Shown here piece after piece: positions 1 to 11,667 of a stretch of 64,000 nucleotides of DNA. Below the pieces are notes generated by a model. The model was not told where the DNA came from. It did not search any database and saw only the letters and a list, made by a program, of their open reading frames with translations. Within the stretch, counting starts at the first letter, position 1, and each line of letters opens with the position of its first letter. The translations under genes and the position numbers were made by a program. Origin of the DNA: Albugo candida (Eukaryota); NCBI GenBank assembly GCA_040437565.1, contig JBDOQK010000026.1, positions 1-64,000 on the forward strand. Direction: 5' to 3'.

Positions 1-1368
1 TCAACAAGTATTCCCGCGAATTGGACAACTGCTTCGACGGAATTATTACAACTTATTCAACCTTCCTTTGGACCACACAAGCCGATGGATATATTCACCA
101 TCGCACCAAATCGACATGGGAGAATGGCTCAATGGGAGAGCAGATCGTCATGGTGGAAATACACATTTAAAATGTGGCATCAGACGGATTGGAGCATTTC
201 AATATCAGATTTGAATGTTTTACACCGCCGTCAGTACTACATGGAACAACCGATGTGGTTTCACTGCGACCAAAAGTTACATTACGAAGCTGCTACTCGT
301 AATCCGAGTACCCAAAACGTTTGGTACAATCTTGGCATGGTGGATGAACCACATCGAACGTTTCGAAAATCGCTTGCTACGCTTTTCGAGGCTCGCAGTC
401 TTCAAGACTTTTTTCAAGGAAGCAACACATGGCCAACGAAGGAGGATTTTGCCGCCAACTATTACAACGACGAATAGCTAAAAAATCGGATATGGCTGGA
501 GAAAAGCTGCTGATTCGGCTTTACAACGAAGTCACTCAGATACTCCAGCTTATCCACTCGATGATTGGTCTCATCACTTTGATTACACCAACCACAAGTG
601 CCAGATTATTTTATTTTGGAGTAAAATGAAAGGAACCCAAACATTATTTTCCATCTATTCCACGCTCACATCTCTCATGAATCGTCAGGAAACCTCCCGA
701 ACCAACCAAGAGTCATCCGATGTCAACACATTGGTCATCACGGGAGAGATCGGACGCACTGGATTCAGAACGAGTTCGAACCTTTATGACTACGGCACGG
801 CAACTTCGGAAACGTATTTTACCAATTTTTGACGATTTACAGTTTTGTCTAGCCTTTCAGATGTTGCCAGTTCGATCTCGTTTCTGGATCTTAAAGGATA
901 TTCATCCCGACAGTATATTGTGCACGCAGCCTTCGTGTGGGGCAGTGGAATCTAATTCAACATCTCTTTCTAGAGTGCGATCACACGGCACAGTTATGGA
1001 GCGAGTTACTCCCTTTTTGGGATCAGGTTTTCTCCTCTCGACCACGTAGGACGCATATTGCATGTGCAATCGTACCAGCAATACGGTCGGATTGAAAAGA
1101 ATATCAACAAATTATATCGGATTTATGGCTTGCATTGCAAGCGGTGCCACTGCACTTCGTCTGGACCGATCGGAATCGTCGTCTTTTCGATCAGCGATCA
1201 GCAACTCCTACAATTCCAGCACTTTCCGTGATCTACACGTCGTTTAGTGCACACGTTCGGTACTATCGAAGACAGTTTTACGACCAAGACAAACGCATTC
1301 GACTCGCAAAGGTGCTTGATCAACTCGCAACGCAACGATCATTCGTTGGATTTTTCAGAAGCCGATGA
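1..1368 (+). mobile_element. Degenerate L1/Tx1-like non-LTR retrotransposon, 3' part of ORF2 (post-RT region with zf-RVT)
   Basis: Frameshifted ORFs give FQMLPVRSRFW...CTQPSCGAVES (zinc-finger-like) and LHFVWTDRNRRLF (W-x-x-R-N motif at the LINE ORF2 C-terminus). Element continues off the left edge of the window. Confidence 0.7.
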
Positions 1369-1489
1369 TCATTGCTGCGGGTACGACACAGACAAGTACA
1401 AATGCAAGTGCAACTCGGATCCTAGTCCTAGTTGGATGAACCTTTTCAGCCTAGTGTGGTGCACACCGATTTGCAAACCATGGTACTTT

Positions 1490-1984
1490 GGGACCATTCT
1501 CACAGTTATGCAACGTGACGAGCGCAGCATTTGCAAGCTAGAGTGCCCTGTAAGCTCTCCTGGTCTCAATCCCATTGAGATTGTATGGACACACATGAAA
1601 GCATCTGTCCAAAAGCTCCTCAAAGCCAAAAAAAGCGAAGAACTATAACTCCAGCTTAAAAAGATATACTCTGCTATTGATCCACAGTAGCTACAGCATC
1701 TTTCTAAGTCCTTGCCAGAGAGAGGATAAAAGCAGTAATTGAAGAAAAAGGAGGTTCCACTAGCTGGTAGCATGTCTTCCTTCTGTATAGGGTTTTTTCC
1801 CATAAAATCACTGTTTAGAAAAACTCTCTGTAGATTGCAGCTTTGAATACTGTAGAAGTTTTGTACCAAATTTAATTGGCAGTTGACTCATTAGGGGTGT
1901 GCACCATGCTTCGTAAGTCAAAGTATTTGTTTCATAAAGTGGTAAAAATTCGGGGGCGGCCAATCTTTTCCGGAGGGTACCGTA
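1490..1984 (+). mobile_element. Tc1/mariner (IS630-Tc1) transposon 3' remnant with probable right TIR
   Basis: SPGLNPIEIVW motif, then LSKSLPER...VIEEKGGST, the typical Tc1 transposase end, with stops. The segment ends ...CCGGAGGGTACCG followed by TA at 1983-1984. Confidence 0.7.
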
Positions 1985-2043
1985 CGTAAGTCGTTCTTAT
2001 TCAAAAAATTTCAGATTGATAAATCGGGTTATCATTAAATCGA

Positions 2044-2787
2044 GGGAGCGGCTAACCAGCCCTCACCATTGAACACAGCACTCAAGCTATGATTACGAGT
2101 TATGACTGGCTAAAAAGAGTACCCTTATTTGAATATATGTTCTAAGAAGCGGTTTTACAATATTGAGGTTGGCTAGGTTTATATCTAAATCTACTTCTGC
2201 AGGTTTTGTTGGTTCTGCTGGTGCTGCTTTGCATTTTCTGCACAAGGACAGAGAGCTGGCCTTCACAAGCAAAGCGAACTGCTGAATCCACTGAGAGTAG
2301 ATCGCCTGCAATAAATGAATTGTCAGATAAATATAACTTTTTCCAGCACAATTAGCATACAATACAAATTACCTGTTGAAACAGAGATCCATTTTTTGAG
2401 AGCAGCATGGACGCTTTCCACCCTAAAATTTTAGTACATGTCCATATGGCGCTTACTGTGTAGGATAGCAAAAAAACGCTCCTTGTAAATCAGCCAAGTT
2501 GTCTCAAGGTAGCTCATCGAAGCAGCGAAGGTGGCATGCATTGCTGAAAGCTGGGTCTGATGAGTTGAAGGGCGATTTTATTGTATTTTATTCCGTTACA
2601 TCTATTCAGACCAATCAGAGGCCCCGATTTCCATTAATTTATGAAGGGTGGGGCTGGATAACGGTTCTCCTAATCTTAATTTATTTTCTCTGTTATATTT
2701 GTTTAAACCAATCAGAGGCCACCAATCTATTAATTTATGGAGGCTGTGTGCTGGTTAAAGAGAACTGCGGGCTGGTTAGCAGCTTCC
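2044..2787 (-). mobile_element. Non-autonomous MULE (Mutator-like) element, copy A
   Basis: Termini GGGAGCGGCTAACCAGCCC / GGGCTGGTTAGCAGCTTCC are inverted repeats. Flanks are TAAATCGA / TAAATCAA (8-bp TSD, 1 mismatch). Internal minus-strand fragments YLETTWLIYKERF and RVESVHAALKKWISVSTG. 2575-2787 is homologous to the reverse complement of 24882-25075. Confidence 0.75.
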
Positions 2788-4779
2788 TAAATCAAATAAT
2801 CAAAATTGTGCAAAAGTGACCTAGGATCTGTACCGGAGCAGCTAGGGATCACCAAGCCGCGCTGCTAAGCGAAAACGATCAGAAGTGAACTTGAATGTCC
2901 GTGATCCGGATGCATATCACCTTTAAATATGTGAAAGAGCCCCGCACTGAAGCGTCACATACGCTGCCAGCTGCGAATTATTTATTTAGCAACAATTTGA
3001 GGGTCTTGGTAAACATGACATTCAACCTTGCAAAGCGGAACATTTCTGCATAGGTCTCGAAATCCTATTGTATGTATCGGATTGGGCTTCCTTGATTATT
3101 TGCTGAGAGAAGGTAAGAAATCAAGAGGTAATACGTCTGACATGTTGATAACCAGTGTACTGGAAACATGCGTATCTTTTCTCAGTTTTCATCACGATTG
3201 CATGAGTCGTTGCAATTCACCTTACTTATCCTTTTATTGCATCAGTTGGCACGGTGATCGTACGAACAAATTTTATCATCTCGCTGCGCTGGCTTGATAC
3301 GGTGAAACGCGGTTTACCGTCTTTCCTCCTATGTTCCGACCATATCGCATATATTCGATATTTCCTCTGTCAGATTGATAATTTGTTGCGTTTAACGCTT
3401 CGACCACGCTCAATATTGGATCTTGGATGGATGGTGCAAACGGTGCAGTAAAGGAGGCATGAGCTAATATAAACGCAATTTGTGAAGATGTGCGATCGAT
3501 CGCTGGAAGTGTCATGCCATAAGCTACTTCTTCTAGAATAGCATTCAGGCCTCCGTGCCAAAACCTTGGTGTGTTTGAAATAGGCGACTGCGACATTACA
3601 TCGATCCTCGCAAACCCTTAATTCATTTCAGCAAGTGTTTTGATATTGTTGCACAGGAGACAACCCGATATTATTCTACTTATCATCCACGCCATTCCAC
3701 GACTTTCTAGTCTAGAAGATGCAGTACAACTTTGATCATAAGTTCTGGGTCGATTTGTTCCAGTAGAATTTCGTATGCAATGAAGATAGATGCAGCGTAT
3801 TTCAAGTGCCGTGATGATTGCCAGCAAAGCAAAACCTAAGTACGGGATTTGCTCCGCTCGTCATGTTATCAAAAAAGTGGAGACATCGTGAACGCAGGAC
3901 ATTCAAGCAGAAGTCTATCATTCACCTTATGGGCATCGCGGCCATTTTCAATATCACCTTCCAACTAACGCATTTTTGTTATGCTGTGAAAAAAAAACAT
4001 TATGGCAAATGAAAACTCGTAAATCAGCGATTGCACGGCGAGACAGCTGACTTCTGAGGACCTTTCTTGCGAGAATGCAAATGGCTATCGAAGGAAACGT
4101 CTAAGTGGCAGGTAATGGGGAGTGCTCAGTGGGGAAAATTGCTATTGCTCATACCCTAGTGAGCTGAGTGCTCCAACTTTGTCTTTTCCAATCATGAAGG
4201 CAATGCAACATCGGATAGCTAGAGAATTGAGCAGAGAGTGAGGACTGATTGAAACTCAGCTTGTTCAATTTCTTTCCAGGCATTGGTCAAAGAATGATAG
4301 ACCATATCGTCTAAAGAAAACTAATCATGGTATTGTTGCACAAAGATGATAAAAAGGTTCGGGTAGCGGAAAGGTATCTTAGACACAGTAATTTAAAGGA
4401 ATCATCAATTCATCTATTATACTCTTGTAGAGCGTGCATGCTCATAAGAATGCCCATTGGAATGAGGGCAAAAATACTTTATTTAATGTACTGGCTTCAG
4501 TGACAAGCTTTCGTATTGTACTTATGAACAAACGCTCTATAGTCGTGTTGTAGAAAGGTAAAATAGAGATTGTAAAGTAAGGAGATGGGCAATAGTCTTA
4601 CCGTTCGCATAATATTAATATCGCTGTCCAACTCATTCACGTGGCTCTATGCGAACCCAGCGCTGAAAATTGACACTATAGCAACAATCAAAGTACTGCA
4701 CTGACACAATCCCCTTCTTCATACAAGCCTTAAACTCGGCTTCTCAAAAAATTTAGAGAAGGAAGTAAACGTTTTATTC

Positions 4780-4900
4780 TTCATACTGCGCACATCAAGT
4801 GACGGAGATGCATTAGTCCAAAATTATCCAGCGTTGGCACGTTCAGCGAGAATATTAGGCGACACAGTCGTGTCTAGAATGTGACCCTTATTTCTTGTAT
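4780..4900 (+). mobile_element. Possible hAT transposase C-terminal dimerisation-domain remnant
   Basis: Reads QNYPALARSARIL, resembling the hAT YPxLAxxAR motif. Very short. Confidence 0.35.
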
Positions 4901-5939
4901 TATTCATACCATCTTATAGAAGGAAAACTTCAAAAGAATTGTTGCAAAGTCAAGCCATAGATTTATCAAATGTGCTGCATTTGCGCTTCCATCGAAATGA
5001 CCGATAACACCTGCAACTTCAAATATACCCAACATGAGGAAGAGGAGAAAGCACGTAGTTGACGCTGCTTGTGCTCAAAACTTTTGTGAGAAGAAGGCGA
5101 TATAAATTGACAGTTGTGGGAACACGCAACAAAAGTACAACCTATAAAGAATTATTTAATGTAAGTTTGATAAGGGTTAAAAAATCAGCTGAGATTTGAA
5201 GCGCGATGAGAGAACTATAAGTCAAGTGAATTTATACAATTTACGTCGCCATATGTGAAACCATCAGTCACGAGAAACTGCAGCCGGATAGCGCCAGCTG
5301 TAACAAACCCAAAGTCATACAAGTAACTTGGCGTGACACACCATACACATTCCCTTCACGTGCGATAATATATACTCTTTAGTAAAATACTGAGGTTCCA
5401 ACCAGCGTTAAGGTTCGGGTCACATACGTATGATCACCTTGACCGAAGAAAGGAGGTTGCAGTTACACCTATCTGAATGACCATAACGCGTCAGCACTCC
5501 TGCCGATAGAATCGAAGTATAAAGATCGCTTTTGCCCTAATATACTGAGAGCGGACACTTGAAGTGCGTTTCGTACATCGACCAAATATATTAGAGGAGG
5601 TATATGAGGTATTGTTCTTTACAGGCACAGCTGCATATCAGGGAGACTCGAAGTGGTATGTTGAAAGACTTGTGTAACCGTTCTCATTTTTTCTCGTTGA
5701 CTTCAACCAGCCCAATCTACTTTGGCCACCCTCGCAGAGTATTTGACCAATGAAAATGCGTCAACCAGGTACGTTTCATTCCTCCAACGCAGAATGGAAA
5801 ACATAATCTTCATCTAAACGCAGTATTCGTGTTCTGCACCACAAAGATCTAGGCTCTTCCCAATAATTAGGATCCATGTAGGTTCAAGGTGTATTTCTTA
5901 AGGCCTATGAGGCCGGTCATTCAAAAGAAACTCAATCCC

Positions 5940-6400
5940 GCTGCGATTGCAATAAACCGATCGTATACATTACCCGTTCGCTTGTACAATGTCTATGTGG
6001 TACCTAATTTGCTATTCAACTATGGCACATGTTTCAGACTGCGACATTAGTAGCCTTGAGGCGTGTCATCGCCACCATACCCGCCGCATCCTCCGTATTA
6101 AGTATCCCCAGAAATAGGAGGCACGGATTTCTACAAGCGCTACAACATGAAATCACTCCAAATCCATTTGAAGAAGTCTCGACGGAAGCTATTCGGTCAC
6201 ATTATCCGCGGTCCAGAACCTATTGATTACTAAAACATGCTTTGATTTTATAATTACGCCGGAAACTGCCCTCTTATAGAGATCGTACACCCAACTGTCT
6301 CCCACCATTTCTTACAACGACCTGCGTCTTGACAGAATTGCTCATCGTCGTCTCTGCAATACCGCAGGTCTAAACCGATCAACATTATCGCACAAGACCG
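5940..6400 (+). mobile_element. RTE-clade non-LTR retrotransposon 3' remnant
   Basis: Across frameshifts it reads RLYNVYVVPNLLF, LEACHRHHTRRILRIKYP and SRRKLFGHIIR, resembling the RTE post-RT motifs (LRRILxIxW; RWxGHIxR). Confidence 0.6.
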
Positions 6401-7299
6401 CACCAGATGCACATTCTTTACCCAAAAGATCTGCTCTATCCAGTAATCAATCCACTGAATGAAGAACCAGTCAGGAGTAAGCGAAAGCTAGAGTCCAATG
6501 ATATGAACTCGAGGCAGTCGCGGAAGCGCTCGTAATTATAATACAAATCCTTTCTTCTTGTTGGGAACCGTTATTTTGAGAAACAAAAGATCGCGAAGTA
6601 GAGATTTTGATCAGCCTCAATCCTTTGAACATAACGTAGACTCTGATGTCACTCATTTCATCTCTTCCCACATCTGTTTTTTTTATTAATACGCGAGGCT
6701 AATAAAATATGGTTTATTGATCTACTTAATACATTCATTCTTTATGAATCCAATATAGATGACTATTTGCACTTGCTTCACTGCTATTAGTGTGGTATCT
6801 CAAGACATGTCGAAACCAATCATTCTTCGAGGTGAATAGATTTCCAACAATGGCTATCGTTGCGCAAATGAATAAAAAGCAATTCATAAAAAAAAAGAGC
6901 GAAAGAAATTGAGGACTGTCGAAAGGTGTCATGGCCGTTTCAAGTTTCATGAATTTGCCAACAACTGTTTCAGGACTTTAATGAACATTCTGTTAGAGCT
7001 GATCCAGGCGGGGTGGTTTTGTGACAAATTCAAACAAGAAACGAGCCGGCCAAATAAGGCAGTTGAATAATATAGGAAGAAATAAGAGGAAGATAAAAAG
7101 AATGCATAAAAAACGCACTTCTAGATTTACCACTATTTAATCAGGTAACTCCTGTCTGCACGTTTGAGATCTAAGAGAGAATGCTGACAATAACATGCTC
7201 AATTGCGTTGACTGATGCAAAAAGGTAAAGTGTTAGAGTGACGAATATCATACGCGCACATTCAGTTATTTGGCTCACTCCAATAGCTACGGGCACCAG

Positions 7300-7620
7300 C
7301 CCTGATGATGTAACTTGTTAATAATTGCTTGAATATTGAAATTCCCTGCAGCAAGCAGCAGTCCGCGGTCCGCTTCGTGAAGTTTGTGTATCCATTGAAC
7401 TTCAAAGATAGCTAGCTGGAATACATCCAGCCAATTCTCGGATCTTCACAACATCGATCTTGCTTCTTGATGTTCTATGCTGATTGTACTTCCTAATGGA
7501 GCTGATTTATTTAGTGATTATCCTCCTACAAGTTCGCTTTAATTTTATCAAGAGACTTGCTAGTTTCTAGCCATGTTTCGTGTACAATTATGACGCTGTT
7601 GATGAGTAAGACAACGTTTA
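7300..7620 (+). mobile_element. Possible mariner-like transposase remnant (plant/oomycete type)
   Basis: PANS/DLHNIDLA across a frameshift near 7425-7470 resembles the PxNSPDLNxLDLG motif. Heavily decayed. Confidence 0.35.
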
Positions 7621-9443
7621 TTCAAATTTACCTCGTACACACATTTATTATCATACTGCAATGCGTCAAGATGAATGAAGCATTCTCATGAACGCCTGGG
7701 ATATGTACATTCGTATGGTAGATCGTAAAAGTTTAACATATCAGAGCTTTGTGTTCCTACCGAAAAAAAACATCCCTATCATCTCATCATGATGCATCCT
7801 TACTTCTTATTCTATCGACATAGCTGTATTAGAGTTGACTTATTGGTATTACAGTTGCCAACAACGTGGTACATCTATGGGACTCCGTTAAATCATCCGA
7901 ATAAATCGTATCAAGAAACAGAGAAATATAAAATCTAGTCTGGATGAGTACATCGAGCACATTCAGCAACAAAGCTGCAATATTTATAAAAAAAAACCTG
8001 ATATTGGGAGCCGTTCAAATCGCCTTAGTGCTTTTGGTAAAATCCCCTCAGTTTGATCTGATTGGCTAATGTTCGAGACGTCTGGGTATGATTGGTTAAC
8101 TGAGGAATCAACCATATCGACTGCAAAAGAGGCTATCGTTCTCCATCTTTGAAGATCAAGTTTATAGAACATAAGGTTCTTATTTCATGAATGACCCGTA
8201 CACAGTGAAATAGTAGAATTCAGTTCACAGGATAGAATAGTTTGGTGTTATCAACAAACCGTGAACGCTAAATAGTCCAACAACAATGAGCTACACGAAC
8301 AAACGCGAACGCTAACTGAACTGACTGATTGCAAAATTGAGCGCAAAATAGTTCATGTCGAAAAGTAGTGGGCAGTGCTAATATATCGTCCCTTACCTAG
8401 GCGTACATTAGCACTATGCAAGCATAAAACTAGCCAATTCTATCAAAATGAGGGGATTTTACCGAAACCGCTGAGGGAATTTTAACGGTTCGTAATATTT
8501 AATATGTATTCTCGCAAATGATTCAAGTGCATAGAGTTACAAATAGAACATCTGTTGAAAAGTCGCGACAAGTAATGTCGAAAGATCGCGATCCTTGGAA
8601 TGGATGATGCGCCTCTTGGTAATCTACGAAGACAGTAGGAAGAGGAAAGAAGTGGTAATAAGACCATAAGCTTCAAATAAAAAAGTTTCCCATTTACCTC
8701 ACACTGATCAAGCAGCATGGACAAACAACAGCGTCAAGCCCATTCAGGATTATTCCGGGGAAAAACTCTGATATAGACGAAAGTTCTTAAAAATAGGCGG
8801 AAAGTGGATCGCGTGAGTTTGATAGAAATCAATTGTAGCAGCATTGATCAAGCGGCGACATGCATCGAGGAAGAAGTGCAAGAAAAAAGGATGATTCGTC
8901 AGGTGTGTGGCTGGCATATCATGCTATTGAAAAATAAGTATTGGTCTCACGAGAATGTTACAAAGCATACGTCGGATGTGTATGCGTCACCCTTCTTATG
9001 GTAACTCAGAGAGGAGCGCATAAGCTAGAAATATCTTTTGAATAGGAGGGCAAGTTATAAGAACAGCTTGGGAGTTGAACTATTTAATTCTACTGTCTAT
9101 CAACTTGGCACTAATTCCTGGACGCGTTTTGTGCTAAAAATGTAATATTCTGTAGAGAGAGTCCACGTCAAGCCTACATTCAGTCACATAAATAGACTTA
9201 CTAGGATAGTCACTGGTATCTGTGACCATGATTTTTAAGGATACAATCTTTTTTTACATCATTCACATGGCAGACGTCATCCTCTCGCATTCGATGTCAT
9301 GTTTTTAACACATTCGATTTATTGCGACCTTATCAAAATTTTAAGGGACTCCAATACTTTGATTATCTACATTTTAGGGACTTCTATACTTGCTTATTTA
9401 CCTTTTTGCTCGAATTGAGCAATGTCTGGTTCGCGTGCTCCGG

Positions 9444-9869
9444 TCAGCTCTCATAAATGATACAACGGATGCGAGTCAGGAAGGAATGCTGGTACATGCG
9501 ACTGTAGAATGTGCTATAGTCCCGATCCCCGCAAAGTACTCGTCCTCTTCCGTCGAAACAGCAAGGGAATATCATCCCAATCGACACGATGGAATCACAA
9601 TTATCATGCCGTTTGAAATGAGAAAATACCCATTCATTCATACATCACTTTCCCCGAGCATGCACACAGAATCCAATATCAATGTCAATGTCAAATCGAT
9701 CCGGAACTAAGAGAGCATTCATATCAAATTTCGTTCCTAGAGTGTCGTTATTTCGCTGCAACGCTGAAATGTCATATCGAGCGGGAATTTGCGCAACATT
9801 TTCCGACTACGAATACCATTCCGGCTGGCTGAAAGCAAGGGCGATCGAGACTGCGAGGAATCGACGCAT
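9444..9869 (-). pseudogene. Candidate secreted-protein pseudogene
   Basis: ATG at 9869 gives MRRFLAVSIALAFSQPEW (signal-peptide-like). The same frame continues through two stops (TAG at codon 21, TGA at codon 75) into ORF 9444..9641. Confidence 0.35.
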
Positions 9870-9915
9870 ATCAGCGCCTTAGATTGTCAAGGATTTCATT
9901 ACACTGTTTATCTGG

Positions 9916-10127
9916 TTTTTTAACTACCTTCCTTACCCTATCCTGAGTCCCGGACCGTGTGAATATCACTTAAGTCTGACTTCAAACCTAGGGAGGCAGA
10001 TATTTTCCAAGCTTATCGCTTGGGTGGGCTCAAACCGCTTCCCACACTGCCGAGGATCGAACTAACGACCTCCGGTAGCGGGTCCGTGCGCTCAAGTGCT
10101 TAACCGACTGAACTGGGTACGGACCCC
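9916..10127 (-). mobile_element. tRNA-derived SINE-like element
   Basis: Minus strand starts GGGGTCCGTACCCAGTTCAGTCGGTTAAGCAC (A-box-like, 10104-10115) and has a B-box GTTCGATCC (10054-10062). About 130 nt of non-tRNA body ends in a short A-run. No intact cloverleaf. Confidence 0.65.
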
Positions 10128-10379
10128 TTCAGCAATTCACACTACAAATGGGTTGGAAGAATGAAAGAGTAATCAGACCTGATAATCGGTTTTCAAAAGC
10201 GTCGACTTTCCCATATGATCGTCATGGAATGAGTCGGAGCCCTGGGCGAGAAGTCATACACAGAATGAAATATCAGTTGGCTTTCAAAAGCGGCACCGAG
10301 TATGCAAAGCCCTTATACTACCGTTACAATTCAATAAGAGGCAGTTCGTCTTCTTAAATTACACACCCGACAAACTCAA

Positions 10380-11663
10380 ATGCGTATCATGGATCACAGA
10401 GGAACTCTCAGCTGTATGGCGGACATATAGAATCTGAGTTTAATGCTTTGTCGCTTTCGACTACCGACCCAGATGATACTGGGTTCTTAGGAGACTAACA
10501 AAGTCAAGCAGGTAGTAATTTTTCTTTCCCACATGCTGAGCCGACATACTTACACCAGGATACAAAATCGTGGTGGATTCCTACCCGAAAGGACACAACT
10601 GATACCAAGAAAGGCTATGGTCAAAAGAGCGAGAATGAAGAATCCCACTCTGGGCATTAGCCATCGCATGATGACCTACGCCAGATGATCCAATAAGCAC
10701 TCTATTTACCAAAGAAAAACTTGCGGTCATTTAAATGATCACTAGTTTGTCCAATTTAAGATTCTCCTCGTAAACAACTTTTAACACGATACCTTAACGC
10801 TTTCATTGGAAGATCTCCAAGTATCTCCCCTGTATGCCCTAGTACTACTAATACGACCCCTCATTGGTTGAACTTGCATAATACCAAACGATTATCAAGC
10901 CACCTTTTCCACAGCGCACACAGCTAAGCATGTTTGTTAGTCGTAAAACAAATCAAGCTCCAATCAGGGATGCATGATATCAGGTGATCAGACGAGTAGG
11001 TCAAAATCCTTGCTATGTCGTTGACCAACTGTGCTTGTGAAGATTCAGAACCAGAGCAAGTATTAGTGTGGATCTTTCACAACATTGTATGATTGCCATA
11101 TATCTTGCAATCGCTTCTCACAGCCTGCGGGGCATCACCCGATAGCACAATAATCGTGTATCGTATAATTCCGCTTACACACCATTCCAATCATTGGATT
11201 GCCACCTCGGCAGTCTCAAGTCACGATTTTGGCGTCTTTATTGATACTGATGTGACCTGAGCTCTGAAACCCCAGCAAGGCTCCAATCGAGTAACAATTT
11301 ATCCATCATCGATATACGAAATTCTCGATACGCGGAACACCTGTCGATACAAAAAGATTTATAAGTTGTGGTAAAAATCAATTTGTCTTCACCCACCGAT
11401 TTCGTAAGCCTCCAAAAGTGTCTGCAAGAGGTTTTTATCGGCCGGATTTATATTAGAGGCGAGGAAGGGCGCATCTACGTCTTCTTCTGATATTGGATCC
11501 AGGGATTGGGCGTGGACCATCGGACGCCAAGAGACGTAAGCGTTTCGAGAGAGATGGATGCATCGCTCATGAAACTTGTCGATTCGCCTTTAAGTACCGA
11601 ATGGGTGAGTGTGGTACGAAGGGGGTGCGTGTGTACGGATGACTTGATAGAATTGCAGTCACA
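10380..11663 (-). mobile_element. Degenerate Ty3/Gypsy remnant (possible LTR ~11470-11663, then protease/RT debris)
   Basis: Minus strand begins TGTGAC at 11663. Downstream fragments resemble FDxxLxxP (protease), WYQL and RWLMP (RT). Many stops. Confidence 0.35.
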
Positions 11664-11667
11664 AGTC

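Noticed and set aside
3028-3830. Protein-like minus-strand fragments (RFWHGGLN...), considered as a paralog of the nucleoside hydrolase
   Set aside because: Only a three-residue resemblance and no other motifs; cannot assign.
10040-10127. Functional tRNA gene
   Set aside because: No acceptor stem or anticodon arm can be formed; better explained as a SINE head.
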